Assembly: GCF_000737315.1 (NCBI RefSeq)
Contig: NZ_JMCB01000001.1
Span: 62,001-126,000 of the forward strand
DNA length: 64,000 nt
DNA from: Hyalangium minutum
GTDB taxonomy: Bacteria > Myxococcota > Myxococcia > Myxococcales > Myxococcaceae
Reading direction: 5' to 3'
The notes beneath the pieces were generated by a model. The model ran no database searches. It saw only the letters and a list, made by a program, of their open reading frames with translations, and was not told the origin of the DNA. Below, piece by piece: positions 37,701 through 46,621 of the stretch. The translations under genes were made by a program, and so were the position numbers. Position 1 is the first letter of the stretch. Every line of letters begins with the position of its first letter.

Positions 37701-40443
37701 AGCCGTACTCTTCGTCCAGCCGGAGGTACTCCACCTCCAGCGGCTTGAGGCTCTTGGCATCAGCCACGAGCTTGCCATCCCAGTCCACCACCACGCCGGT
37801 GACGGTGAAGGGCTTGCCCGCGCTCACCTTCTGCACGCCGGCCTGGAGGCCCACGTAGTAGGCCTCGGGGTGCATGGGCACCACGGCATCCCCCAGCGTC
37901 GAGCGGCCGCTGCCTGCCTCGAAGACGCTGGCCTGCGCGACCAGCTTCGCCGGGCCCTTGAAGCCGCCCGCCGTCTCACGCGCGGGGCACTCGGCAAGCG
38001 CCTGGCCCTTGTCGTTCACCTCGGCCTTCACCTGGCCCAGCGTGACGGCCTTGGCCTCGGTGGCCTTCTGGCGCCACACGCCGTAGGTGAAGTTCGCGTT
38101 CTCCTTGGGCTTGAAGTCGGAGGGCTCCAGGCGGCAGGTGAGCTCCACCGGGCTGCCCTCGGCCGAGCCACCGAACAGGTACGCGGCCTCCACCTTCACC
38201 GGCACGGGCGAGCCCTGCAGGTAGCCGGGCTTGTCCACGCTGGCCGTCACCTTCATGCGCTCGGGGACGAACTCCTCCACCTGGAGGCCGTAGCTGGCCA
38301 CCTCGCGGTCCGCCACACGCAGCGTCACGCGGTAGCTGCCCGTGTCCTGGAAGGCCTCGAAGGGCAGATCCAGCGCCACGAGGCCCGCCTCGTTCGTCTT
38401 CAGCGCCACCTTCTTGAACTCGCGCTCGCGCGGATCCACCACGCGCAGCTCCACCGGCATGCCCGCCGGAGGCGCCTTGTTGTCCTGGCCGCGCAGAATG
38501 GCCGTCACGTGGGCGGTGTCTCCCGGGCGGTACACGCCGCGGTCCGTGTAGATGGAGGCGCGGTAGGCGGCCTCGGCGCGGTACGGCTCGCCCTGCACGT
38601 CCGAGTTGGCGATCTCCGTCTTGAGCTCGCTGTACTTCAGATAGGTCAGCTCATCGCCCTTGCGAGCGATGAGGGCGAACGGAGCCGAGGTGTCCACACC
38701 CTGCGCGGGCACCTGGAGCTTGCAGCCATCCGCGCCGCTGGTGGTGCAGCGGACCACGGCCTGGCCGCTCTTCTTCACCAGGGACACCTCGACGCCGGAC
38801 AGCGGCTCGGTGGACTCCATGCCGAGCGCCCACACGAGGACCTCGGCCTGCCCATCGGCCGAGATACCGCCGCGCTTGGCCACGAGGCTCAAGTCCGTGA
38901 GGAGGATGCGCGCGGCGGCCTGAGCCTCGTCCTGCTTGACGGAGATCTCCACCACGCCCCGGGTGCTGGAGGGCACCATGCTGCCGACGTCCAGGTACGT
39001 GGTGGTGAGCGCATCCGGAGCGCCCTTCAGGGGGATCTTCTTGGAGACGATCAGGTTGGAGGTGCGCTCGTCGGCGGCCTCCCGATCGTCGTTGCTCATC
39101 CAGAAGACGAGGTTCTCGGGGGGCACGTGGCGGACGGACAGCTCCACGGACTCCACGTTGAGGTGGTTGAGGGGCAGGTTGCGCCAGGCGCTGCGAGGCA
39201 GGTAGCGGCCCGCCGAGGTGAAGGCCACCTGCGGCTTGCGAGCGCTGATGGAGTAGCGGTTCTCGAACTTGGACAGCAGCCGGCCGCCGCCCATGGAGAG
39301 GGTACCCGCGTCGATCTTCAGCGTGTACGTGCCGCGCTTGAAGTCACCGAAGATGCGGAAGCCCTTGCGCGACGGGGAGATGGAGAACTTCACCGGCGGG
39401 TTGAAGTGGATGGCATCCGCAGCGACGTTGTCGTCCAGCACGCAGCCCAGGTTCTCGTGGTCGTAGTAGTACGGATCCCACTCGCCCTCGTCCGGCGGAG
39501 GCGGCGCGTTCATCTCCGAGTCGCGGCAGTTGACCTCCATATAGAAGCCGCTGTTGCCCTCGGTGACGGCGACGCGGGTGACGTCCAGGCGCTTGCCGCC
39601 CTGGAGCTCGAAGGTGTCCTCGGCGGCGGGCGCGGTGCCACCCCCCTTGGGCGAGGTGAGCCCCGCCTTGAGCGCGAAGCGCACCTTGGCGCCCGGCCGG
39701 AGCAGGGGGCTGGTGAGCTGCGCGACGACGATGTGGCGCTGGGTGGCGTGGGAGGTGAACTTCACGTCGCTCAGCGACTTGCCCTCCACCTGGAAGCTGG
39801 CGAACTTGCGCAGCGTGTTGGGCTCCACCGGGCCGGAGAAGAGCAGCTCCGCGGTGACCAGGCCCTTGGTGACGTCGATCTGCGCCGGGGCCATGCGGAA
39901 GAAGGAGAGGCTCGGCGTCGCAAAGCTGTGGCTCCAGGCGCCCTCGGAGGGAGCCTTCACCACGCCGGAGGGCGTCTCCACGGACTCGAGGGTGACGGTG
40001 TACGTCGTCCCGAGCGCGAAGCCGTTGGCGGGGGTGAAGGAGAGCGCGGAGCTGTTTCCGTAGAACTCCAGGTTGCCGCCCACCTCGGGGGAGAAGCGGA
40101 CCACCGTCTTCTTCCCGTCATTCTCCGGGTAGGCGACGCTGCGGGGGAACTCGAAGATGACCTTGTCCGGGACGGCGCCCTCGGGGCCGAGCTCCTTGAT
40201 GACGGGAGTGTAGGACTCGGGCTTGAGGGGCTCCGTGCTGGCCTGAGGCTGCGAGCCCGGGCTGGACGTCTGGCCGGAGCTGGAGCCGGACGCAGGGGCG
40301 CCCGGGACGGGGGTGGCCGGGGTTGGCCCAGACTTCTCTTCCTTGCAGGCGGCGAGCGCGGTGCCTACCACCAGGACCGCCACCCACCACCGCGCGCGGG
40401 CGGAGCGGAGCGGACTCGGTGTGACGCGAGACTGCGAACTCAT
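34708..40443 (-). CDS. Bacterial alpha-2-macroglobulin (YfhM-like lipoprotein)
   Basis: Lipobox 'LAAC'; 'TDRGVYRPGD'; thioester 'YPYGCIEQ' (about 36148-36171); 'DRLPAGWEIEN'; directly upstream of pbpC. Confidence 0.93.
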   Translation of the reverse strand: MSSQSRVTPSPLRSARARWWVAVLVVGTALAACKEEKSGPTPATPVPGAPASGSSSGQTSSPGSQPQASTEPLKPESYTPVIKELGPEGAVPDKVIFEFPRSVAYPENDGKKTVVRFSPEVGGNLEFYGNSSALSFTPANGFALGTTYTVTLESVETPSGVVKAPSEGAWSHSFATPSLSFFRMAPAQIDVTKGLVTAELLFSGPVEPNTLRKFASFQVEGKSLSDVKFTSHATQRHIVVAQLTSPLLRPGAKVRFALKAGLTSPKGGGTAPAAEDTFELQGGKRLDVTRVAVTEGNSGFYMEVNCRDSEMNAPPPPDEGEWDPYYYDHENLGCVLDDNVAADAIHFNPPVKFSISPSRKGFRIFGDFKRGTYTLKIDAGTLSMGGGRLLSKFENRYSISARKPQVAFTSAGRYLPRSAWRNLPLNHLNVESVELSVRHVPPENLVFWMSNDDREAADERTSNLIVSKKIPLKGAPDALTTTYLDVGSMVPSSTRGVVEISVKQDEAQAAARILLTDLSLVAKRGGISADGQAEVLVWALGMESTEPLSGVEVSLVKKSGQAVVRCTTSGADGCKLQVPAQGVDTSAPFALIARKGDELTYLKYSELKTEIANSDVQGEPYRAEAAYRASIYTDRGVYRPGDTAHVTAILRGQDNKAPPAGMPVELRVVDPREREFKKVALKTNEAGLVALDLPFEAFQDTGSYRVTLRVADREVASYGLQVEEFVPERMKVTASVDKPGYLQGSPVPVKVEAAYLFGGSAEGSPVELTCRLEPSDFKPKENANFTYGVWRQKATEAKAVTLGQVKAEVNDKGQALAECPARETAGGFKGPAKLVAQASVFEAGSGRSTLGDAVVPMHPEAYYVGLQAGVQKVSAGKPFTVTGVVVDWDGKLVADAKSLKPLEVEYLRLDEEYGYYYDEDEGYERYQRYLRPVREGRGTAKVQGGKFQLDVTPTQDAAGFIVRVRSGAAQTDLYLEGNGRYYWYGDGEARVDQTPRPLKPASIALELPKLGKLNESIAVKFKVPYRGRVLLTAETDQVIASEWKAVEPGEVTWAFTPKTYAPNVYVSAFLVKDPHLESAEAFMPDRAFGVASVPLEPTDYTQTVKLSAPTEVRSNSTLTVNLELGPQEGPTFATVAVVDEGILSLTRFKTPDPLKELFAKRALGVETYETIGWTLLVPPGGNSRSTGGDESGAGGRVQPVKPVALWSGVLPVPANGKLTVPFQLPMYRGAVRVMAITTGPQRVGRADAQVLVRDPLVLQTTLPRFLTQNDEIQIPVFLTNLSGGPQEVKVTLTAENLPVPGMAMPAASMGSPLQMLGKSEGRTKLENGKATTLVFQAKAIQSVGAARLKVTAEAGGFTAFEQLDVPLLPAGPRERLVQRIPLEAGKVDMAQYLQGWVPTTERSTFWVTTNPYAESMQHLSYLVRYPYGCIEQTTSSTRPLLFVSQLIDNVDPSLTGDKKVEDMVMAGINRVLSMQTPSGGFAYWPGSAEPVAWGTAYATHMLLDAQKLKYPVPQDRLDDAISWLGTELNRKEGNAGRDDHYGQSAEAYMHYVLSMAGKGRKARIQKLVDELAQKKTLNGEAREEEHLLKAALYMAGDRRYEKDLKNPDLSPVTDERRNTWSFYSDRRRRGLMLSTFQDLFGNDPAGEPLAQQVAQSLIGHSSYWYTTQELVWSITGLGKRVSGAASSFTPPTLVADGKEVAPKNNEGGKTVRASDRTWALVRASERKGVTLDLKEKGEGKLFLIINSDGVRSNGDVKTGGNGLAINRTYKKLDGSTVSPGDAVNLADLLYVEVELKNTTSERIQNIALVDRLPAGWEIENARLGRGGAVEWVDSEQLWTADYVNIRDDRMEVFGSLQAGESKKVVYAVRAVTAGKFTLPPVEAEAMYDPRIWARQAGEQVEVSGPWKDFLL

Positions 40444-40690
40444 GTTTCCTCCGAAGGACGGCATCGACTTACACGCCGCGTGCCGGAGGCCCGGCATCGG
40501 CGGCGAGGGGAAGTGTGGTCGCCTGCCCACGGCCCGACGGCGCCCCCCGCGCGTCTCGGGGCCCACACGGTGGCTCGGGAGCCACGGGGCCCCTCCGCCC
40601 ACCGTCCGGGCAGCGATCGGCGGCGGACGCTAGGCGTCACGGTGACGGCGGTCAACGGTGCCCACGGGTAGGCGCTAAGGTGCACGACCC

Positions 40691-41413
40691 ATGGTGCTCC
40701 CCATCCGCTTCGTCCTGATGCGTCCGCGCAACGCGGAGAACCTCGGTGCCGCCGCGCGGGCCTTGAAGAACTGTGGCCTGTCCGAGTGGACCTGGGTGCG
40801 GCCCGAGGCGGAGGATTTGGAGCCGGCCCGGCGGCTGGCGGTGCACGCGGAGGACGTGCTGGGCGGGGTGAAGCGGGCGGACACGCTGGAGGAGGCGGTG
40901 GCCGACTGCGTGTGGGTGGTGGGGACGAGCTCCCGGAAGGTGGAGGGCAAGCGGCGCCTGTCGCCCCGGGCTGTCGGAGAAGAGCTGGTGGCCCGGGCAG
41001 CCCAGGGGCCAGTGGCGGTGGTCTTCGGAGACGAGCGCAGCGGGCTGACGAACGCGGAGGTGGAGCGATGCCACGATCTGTCCGCGGTGCCGACGGATCC
41101 GTCGCAGCCATCCATCAACCTGGCGCAGGCGGTGCTGCTGTACGCCTACGAGGTGCGAATGGCCTCGCTGGCGGCGGCGCCTCCCCCACCCGCTCCGCTG
41201 CCCGTGGCGGCCTCGGACGCGGAGCTGGCGCGCGTGGAGCAGACCCTGGAGGAGACGCTCAAGACCGGGGGCTTCCTCGTGGATGAACAACCGGGGCGCA
41301 CGGGGCTGAGGGACCTGTTCGCCCCCCTGCGGCGCTCGCGGCTCACGCGCAACGAGGCACAGCTGTGGCTCGCGGCGCTCCACACCGTCCGAAAGCGGCT
41401 GACCTCGGGCTGA
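40691..41413 (+). CDS. SPOUT RNA methyltransferase, TrmJ/LasT family
   Basis: 'ENLGAAARALKN', 'VFGDERSGLTN', 'SINLAQAV'. Confidence 0.9.
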   Translation: MVLPIRFVLMRPRNAENLGAAARALKNCGLSEWTWVRPEAEDLEPARRLAVHAEDVLGGVKRADTLEEAVADCVWVVGTSSRKVEGKRRLSPRAVGEELVARAAQGPVAVVFGDERSGLTNAEVERCHDLSAVPTDPSQPSINLAQAVLLYAYEVRMASLAAAPPPPAPLPVAASDAELARVEQTLEETLKTGGFLVDEQPGRTGLRDLFAPLRRSRLTRNEAQLWLAALHTVRKRLTSG

Positions 41414-41428
41414 CCGGGCGGTGCTCTG

Positions 41429-41458
41429 ATTTGACAACCTGAGCCCAAGTTGTCAAAT
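41429..41458. promoter_or_regulatory. Palindromic operator overlapping a -35 TTGACA, upstream of the TetR gene
   Basis: ATTTGACAAC-N10-GTTGTCAAAT perfect inverted repeat; TTGACA at 41431-41436. Confidence 0.8.
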
Positions 41459-41467
41459 ATGTCCGGA

Positions 41468-42073
41468 ATGACTTCCGACGCCCCCTCTCCGCGAAAGCCC
41501 CTCGACGAGGCGCGTCAGCGCAGGCTGCTGGAGGCCGCGCTGACGGTCTTCCTGCGCTACGGGTTCCGGAAGACGTCCATGGACGAGGTGGCCCGGGCCG
41601 CTCAGGTATCGAGGCAGGGGCTGTACCTGCACTTCGCGACCAAGGAAGAGCTGTTCCGGGCCACCGTCGAGTACACGCTCGAGAACTCTCTGGCCGCCGC
41701 GACCGCCGCACTGGGAGATGCCTCGCTCCGGCTGGAGGCACGGCTGGTGCGCGCCTTCGACGAAGTCACGGGCCGGCACGTCGGGATGATGGGTGCGGGC
41801 GCATCCGACCTTCTCGAGGCCGGTGGCGAAATCATCGGCCCCATGCTTGCCCGCCATGAGGAACTGTTCCTGGAAGCGGTCGCCAAGACGCTGCGTACGT
41901 CCGGGCTGCTGGCCGCCTACAAGACCGCCGGGCTCACGGCGCGCCAGCTCGCGGACACGCTCTACGCGACGTCACGCGGGCTGAAGCACAGCAGCGCGAA
42001 CCGGGAAGCCTTCGTCGCGGGAATGACGGTCGCCGTCCGCGCCATGTGCGCACCACTCGAGGAGAGCGCATGA
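41468..42073 (+). CDS. TetR/AcrR-family transcriptional regulator
   Basis: 'GFRKTSMDEVARAAQVSRQGLYLHFATKEELF' HTH. Start could be 41459 or 41468. Confidence 0.92.
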   Translation: MTSDAPSPRKPLDEARQRRLLEAALTVFLRYGFRKTSMDEVARAAQVSRQGLYLHFATKEELFRATVEYTLENSLAAATAALGDASLRLEARLVRAFDEVTGRHVGMMGAGASDLLEAGGEIIGPMLARHEELFLEAVAKTLRTSGLLAAYKTAGLTARQLADTLYATSRGLKHSSANREAFVAGMTVAVRAMCAPLEESA

Positions 42074-43236
42074 AGAACTTGAGGAAGCAGAGCTGGCTGC
42101 GCTGGGGTTTGGGGGGACTGGGCGCACTGTTCGCCCTGGTCGTGGTGGGCGCGCTGGTGGACGGCTGGAGGGCCTTTGGCCAGCGGGCCATAGGAGACCG
42201 GCGCGCGAGGATGGAGAAGTCGACCCAGTGGAGCAGCGGCCACTTCGTGAACCCACAGCCGATGGTCAATGATCTGTGGGGCTCGCTGGTGGGGGCGTTC
42301 AACGCCAGCAAGGATGCCAGCCCCTCACAACCGATCCCCACGGTGCGTGGTGGCGCCGAGCGCTTCGCCACGCCCCCGCCCTCGGGCCTGCGCGTGACCT
42401 GGCTTGGGCACTCGACGATCCTGGTGGAGGTGGACGGCCACCGCATCCTCACGGATCCGGTCTGGGGCGAGCGCGCGTCGCCGCTGAGCACGGTGGGGCC
42501 AAAGCGCTGGTATGCGCCGCTCCTCGCGCTCAAAGAGCTGCCCCCGGTGGACGCCGTCGTCATCTCCCACGACCACTATGACCACTTGGACGCTCCGACC
42601 CTCACCGCGATGAAGGACTGGGACACCACCTTCATCGTGCCGCTCGGGGTCGGCGCGCACCTGGAGTACTGGGGCGTGCCCGCGTCGCGCATCATCGAGC
42701 TCGACTGGTGGGAGCGCACGAAGGTGAAGGGGCTGGAGATCGTCGCCACACCTTCGCGCCATGCCTCGGGGCGCTTCGTTACCGACACCAATGCGACACT
42801 CTGGGCCAGCTATGCGCTGCTGGGCCCCACACATCGCGTGTGGTTCTCAGGGGACACGGGGCTGTTCCCCGCGATGCGGGACATTGGCGAGCGACTGGGG
42901 CCCTTCGACCTGACGATGATCGAGTCGGGAGAGTACGGGAGTGCCTGGCCCGACTGGCACCTGGGCCCCGAGCAGGCCGTCACCGCGCACCAGATGGTCC
43001 GCGGCCGAGTGATGCTGCCGGTGCACTGGGGGCTCTTCAACCTCGCGTTCCATGGGTGGACGGAGCCAGCGGAGCGCGTGCTCGTAGCGGCGAAGCGGTT
43101 GGGGGTGACGGCGGTGTTCCCCAAGCCGGGCCAGAGCTTCGAACCGGCGGCGCCGCCTCCCTTCGAGCGCTGGTGGCCGGAGCTGCCTTGGGAGACCGCG
43201 GAGCAAGCGCCCATCGTCGCGTCGCAGATGAACTGA
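42070..43236 (+). CDS. MBL-fold metallohydrolase (NAPE-PLD/RomA-like) with N-terminal membrane anchor
   Basis: 'WLGHST', 'LTDPVW', 'SHDHYDHLD', 'FSGDTG', 'PVHWG'; ATGA coupling to TetR. Confidence 0.88.
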   Translation: MKNLRKQSWLRWGLGGLGALFALVVVGALVDGWRAFGQRAIGDRRARMEKSTQWSSGHFVNPQPMVNDLWGSLVGAFNASKDASPSQPIPTVRGGAERFATPPPSGLRVTWLGHSTILVEVDGHRILTDPVWGERASPLSTVGPKRWYAPLLALKELPPVDAVVISHDHYDHLDAPTLTAMKDWDTTFIVPLGVGAHLEYWGVPASRIIELDWWERTKVKGLEIVATPSRHASGRFVTDTNATLWASYALLGPTHRVWFSGDTGLFPAMRDIGERLGPFDLTMIESGEYGSAWPDWHLGPEQAVTAHQMVRGRVMLPVHWGLFNLAFHGWTEPAERVLVAAKRLGVTAVFPKPGQSFEPAAPPPFERWWPELPWETAEQAPIVASQMN

Positions 43237-43406
43237 TCTCCTCGCAAGAAGAAGCCATCCATGACGCAGAGGCGGACACTGATGAAGGCCGGCTGGCAAC
43301 AGGCCGCCCAAGCCCTTGCCCCCCGTACAGCCAGGGGGGCAACCCCGAGTCACCGCCGCTCTGGGGACCTACCTTCTGGAAAGCGCCATCGACCAGGAGC
43401 GACTCC

Positions 43407-43622
43407 ATGAACCACATGCCTTATGAAGACACCGGGCTGAGCGCCGGCCGGGACGAGGAGCCCAAGCGGGAGGCGCCCACGCGCGAGATGCCGGGCCGCA
43501 CGCCCCACTCCGCCGAGGGCACCGACAAGGAGCGCAAGGTGCCCGCAGGAGAGCCCGGTAAGACGCCCGGCTCGGCCGAGGGAGAGGAGCCCGACGAATT
43601 CCCCAACGCCCCGCGCTACTGA
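43407..43622 (+). CDS. Small hydrophilic protein (71 aa) with a duplicated PG(R/K)TPxSAEG motif
   Basis: AGGAG RBS; repeats at 43491-43520 and 43554-43583 have synonymous differences. Confidence 0.6.
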   Translation: MNHMPYEDTGLSAGRDEEPKREAPTREMPGRTPHSAEGTDKERKVPAGEPGKTPGSAEGEEPDEFPNAPRY

Positions 43623-43665
43623 GATCCGCGCATCGCGCGCCGCAGCGGGTACAGTGCCGGCCTCC

Positions 43666-44478
43666 ATGGCTCGCAAGCCCCCACCTCGCCGGCACTCGGC
43701 CCCCCCTCCCAAGCATCCAAACCGCAGCCGCTGGGAGGGCAAGGCCAAGCCGGACTGGCTCTCGCGAGCGCTCGCCCGGGCAGGAGCTTTCCCCCTCGCC
43801 GAGGCCGAGGAGGCCATCCGCGCCGGACGTGTCACCCTCAACGGGCGTGTGGTGGACCAGCCACTGGCTCCAGTCCCGGAGGGAGCGGTCATCCGCGTGG
43901 ATGGAGCCGAGCTGGCCCGCGAGGTGGAGACGCGGGTGCTGGCCTTCCACAAGCCCGCGGACCTGCTCACCTCCACCGTGAGCCAGCACCGCACGGGCAC
44001 CGTGTACGAAGTGCTCCTGCCCCAGCTCCCGGATGAGCTCTCCCGCTACACGTGGCACGCCATCGGCCGGCTGGATCGAGGCACCACCGGCCTGCTGCTC
44101 TTCACCAACGACGAGAAGCTCGTGGCGCACGCCACCTCGCCAGAGACCCACCTGCCCAAGCGCTACGTGGCCACGGTGCAGGGCACGGCGGATGAATCGA
44201 AGGTCGAGCCCCTGTGCCGCGGCGTCATGCTGGAGGACGGCCCCACCCGGCCCGCGAAGGTGAAGCTGCGCGACGCCCACACCGTGGAGGTCACCGTCAC
44301 CGAGGGCCGCCACCACCAGGTGAAGCGCATGCTCGGCGCCGTGGGGTTGCCTGTGCGCGCGCTGCACCGCGAGGCCGTGGGCGGTGTGGAGCTGGACGTG
44401 GCCGAGGGCACCTTCCGCCAGCTCACCCCCGAGGAGATCTCCCTGGGCCTGCGCTACAGCGGAAGAGCGCAGGACTAG
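43666..44478 (+). CDS. rRNA pseudouridine synthase, RsuA/RluB family, with S4 domain
   Basis: S4 'AIRAGRVTLNG'; 'GRLDRGTTGLLLFTND'; 'EGRHHQVKRM'. Confidence 0.92.
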   Translation: MARKPPPRRHSAPPPKHPNRSRWEGKAKPDWLSRALARAGAFPLAEAEEAIRAGRVTLNGRVVDQPLAPVPEGAVIRVDGAELAREVETRVLAFHKPADLLTSTVSQHRTGTVYEVLLPQLPDELSRYTWHAIGRLDRGTTGLLLFTNDEKLVAHATSPETHLPKRYVATVQGTADESKVEPLCRGVMLEDGPTRPAKVKLRDAHTVEVTVTEGRHHQVKRMLGAVGLPVRALHREAVGGVELDVAEGTFRQLTPEEISLGLRYSGRAQD

Positions 44479-44486
44479 GAATCCCT

Positions 44487-45029
44487 CTACCAGGTGATGT
44501 CGTAGATGCAGGCGTGGGCGCCCTTCTCCCGGCAGCCCTGCTCCAGGTGCTCGACCCGCACCCACAGTGAGTCCTTGGGCCGGTAGCGCTCTCCCAGTGC
44601 CTCCAGCATGCCCTTGTCGAAGTCACACGGATAAGGGTCGTCGCAGACCATCCGTCCCCTGCGCTCTCCGGCGGGCTCATAGTGGTAGCTGCCAATGAGC
44701 CCCGCGCCTCGGTGGAACATCTGATAGCTCACGTTGATGAAGCGCAGGGCGTCATCGAGCGTGCGGACGTGGGACGGGTAGTGGAGGACGTTCTCGGAGA
44801 GCTTCCGGCCCACGGCCCTCATCGTGTTGGGGCCGATCTCCGTCTGGATCTTCCGGGTGGCATCCACGAGCCGGCTCATGGGGTACCAGGCCTCGGCTTC
44901 GATCGGGGCGAGGCCTTGCTCTGTCAGAATCTTCAGCGCCCGCTTCTGGATGAGTCCCATCGCCTGGACGATGGCTTGAAGAGCCTCTCCCTTGACCTCG
45001 ACCTGCGAAATCGAAATGCGCGCAGCCAT
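44487..45029 (-). CDS. V4R/H-NOX-like small ligand-binding protein
   Basis: 'AWYP', 'DPYPCDFDKG', 'CREKGAHACIYDITW'. Confidence 0.65.
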   Translation of the reverse strand: MAARISISQVEVKGEALQAIVQAMGLIQKRALKILTEQGLAPIEAEAWYPMSRLVDATRKIQTEIGPNTMRAVGRKLSENVLHYPSHVRTLDDALRFINVSYQMFHRGAGLIGSYHYEPAGERRGRMVCDDPYPCDFDKGMLEALGERYRPKDSLWVRVEHLEQGCREKGAHACIYDITW

Positions 45030-45095
45030 GCATTTCCCCCTTGGAAAGAACATTTATCATAGCTTCCGGCCCCTGAGTGGAGGACAGGGACGGGC

Positions 45096-46490
45096 ATGGC
45101 TGACGACTTCGACTTGGTGGTAATTGGCTCGGGCCCCGCGGGCGAGCAGGGCGCTGTCCACGCTGCACGGCTCGGCAAGCGCGTGGTGGTGGTCGAGAAG
45201 GAGCCCGTCCCCGGTGGCACTGCGGCCAACACCGGCACCCTGCCCTCCAAGACGCTGCGCGAGACGGCGCTCTACCTCTCCGGCTACCGCGCCCGCGGCC
45301 TCTTCGGCGTGGAGACCGTGCTGAAGCGGGAGGCCACCGTCTCCGATCTCCTCTACCGCGAGCGCCGAGTGAAGGAGACCGAGCGCGCCCGCATCGACGT
45401 GAACCTCGAGCGCAACGGCGTGGAGCGAGTGCAGGGCAAGGGCTCGCTCGTGGACGCGCACACCGTCCTGGTCCAGCGCGAGGGACACCCCGATCGCCGG
45501 ATCACGGCCCGCTTCATCCTCATCGCCACCGGCTCCTCGCCCTACCGCCCGCCGCTCTACCCGTTCGATGATCCCCGGGTACACGACTCGGACGAGCTCC
45601 TCGACATCACGGCGCTGCCCAGCGCGCTGATGGTGGTCGGCGCTGGCGTGGTCGGCTGCGAGTACGCGTGCATGTTCGCCGCCCTGGGCATCCCGGTGAC
45701 GCTGGTGGACCCAAAGCCGGACCTGCTGTCCTTCCTGGACACCGAATTCTCAGGGCTGCTGCGCGAGCGGATGACGGCACTCGGCGTGCGGATGCGCCTG
45801 GGGCACTCGGTGGAGGCCATCCAGGTGCCCCAGGAGAACACCGAGCCCATCCGGCTGACGCTCGCTGGCGGCGAAATGATTGAGGTGGACCAGGTGCTGG
45901 TGGCTGCGGGCCGCTCGGCCAACACCGCGGGGCTCGGGCTGGAGCCCGTGGGCGTCAAGCTGGGCAAGCGCGGCCAGGTGGAGGTGGGCTCCACGTACCA
46001 GACGGCCGTGCCCCACATCTACGCGGTGGGAGACGTGATCGGCTTCCCGGCGCTGGCCTCCACCGCGATGGAGCAAGCGCGTGTGGCGGTGCTGCACGCC
46101 TTCGGCCAAGTGCAGACGATCTCCCCGGTGCTGCCCTACGGCATCTACACCATCCCCGAGGTCTCCATGGCGGGCGAGACGGAGCAGGGCCTGATCGCCA
46201 AGGGCATCCCCTATGTCGCGGGCCGCGCCGGGTACGTCATCAATCCCCGGGGGCAGATCATCGGAGAGGGGCGCGGCAGGCTGAAGCTGCTCTTCCACCG
46301 AGAGAGCCTGAAGCTGCTCGGGGTGCATGTGCTGGGCGAGCAGGCCTCGGAGCTGGTGCACATCGGGCTGCTGGCACTGGTGGCGGGTGCTGGAACGCAG
46401 CTCTTCGTGGAAACGTGCTTCAACTACCCGACGCTCTCCGAGATGTACAAGACGGCCACTTACGACGCGCTGCAACAACTCCAGGCCTGA
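45096..46490 (+). CDS. sthA: Soluble pyridine nucleotide transhydrogenase
   Basis: 'VIGSGPAGEQGA', 'NTGTLPSKTLRE', 'GIYTIPEVS', 'ELVHIG', 'FNYPTLSEMYK'. Confidence 0.88.
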   Translation: MADDFDLVVIGSGPAGEQGAVHAARLGKRVVVVEKEPVPGGTAANTGTLPSKTLRETALYLSGYRARGLFGVETVLKREATVSDLLYRERRVKETERARIDVNLERNGVERVQGKGSLVDAHTVLVQREGHPDRRITARFILIATGSSPYRPPLYPFDDPRVHDSDELLDITALPSALMVVGAGVVGCEYACMFAALGIPVTLVDPKPDLLSFLDTEFSGLLRERMTALGVRMRLGHSVEAIQVPQENTEPIRLTLAGGEMIEVDQVLVAAGRSANTAGLGLEPVGVKLGKRGQVEVGSTYQTAVPHIYAVGDVIGFPALASTAMEQARVAVLHAFGQVQTISPVLPYGIYTIPEVSMAGETEQGLIAKGIPYVAGRAGYVINPRGQIIGEGRGRLKLLFHRESLKLLGVHVLGEQASELVHIGLLALVAGAGTQLFVETCFNYPTLSEMYKTATYDALQQLQA

Positions 46491-46592
46491 GCTCACCGCC
46501 TCAGGGGCTGAGATTGCTGCTCAAATGACTACGTCTGTCCACAAAGAATCCAGCAGAGACGCAGAATCTTGATCCATGTGCAGCCTTGAGTG

Positions 46593-46621
46593 TTGACCCC
46601 CGCCATCAATCCGGGTAAAAG
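46593..46621 (+). promoter_or_regulatory. Sigma70-like promoter for the PKS cluster
   Basis: TTGACC (46593-46598) - 17 nt - TAAAAG (46616-46621) in an AT-richer intergenic region upstream of the AT gene. Confidence 0.55.

Noticed and set aside
31957-40671. 2904-aa plus-strand ORF, and similar long opposite-strand ORFs (193-2259, 9625-11037, 49468-54696, 56356-58674, 61548-63911)
   Set aside because: Antisense shadows of real GC-rich genes; the translations show no recognisable motifs and lie opposite clearly identifiable proteins
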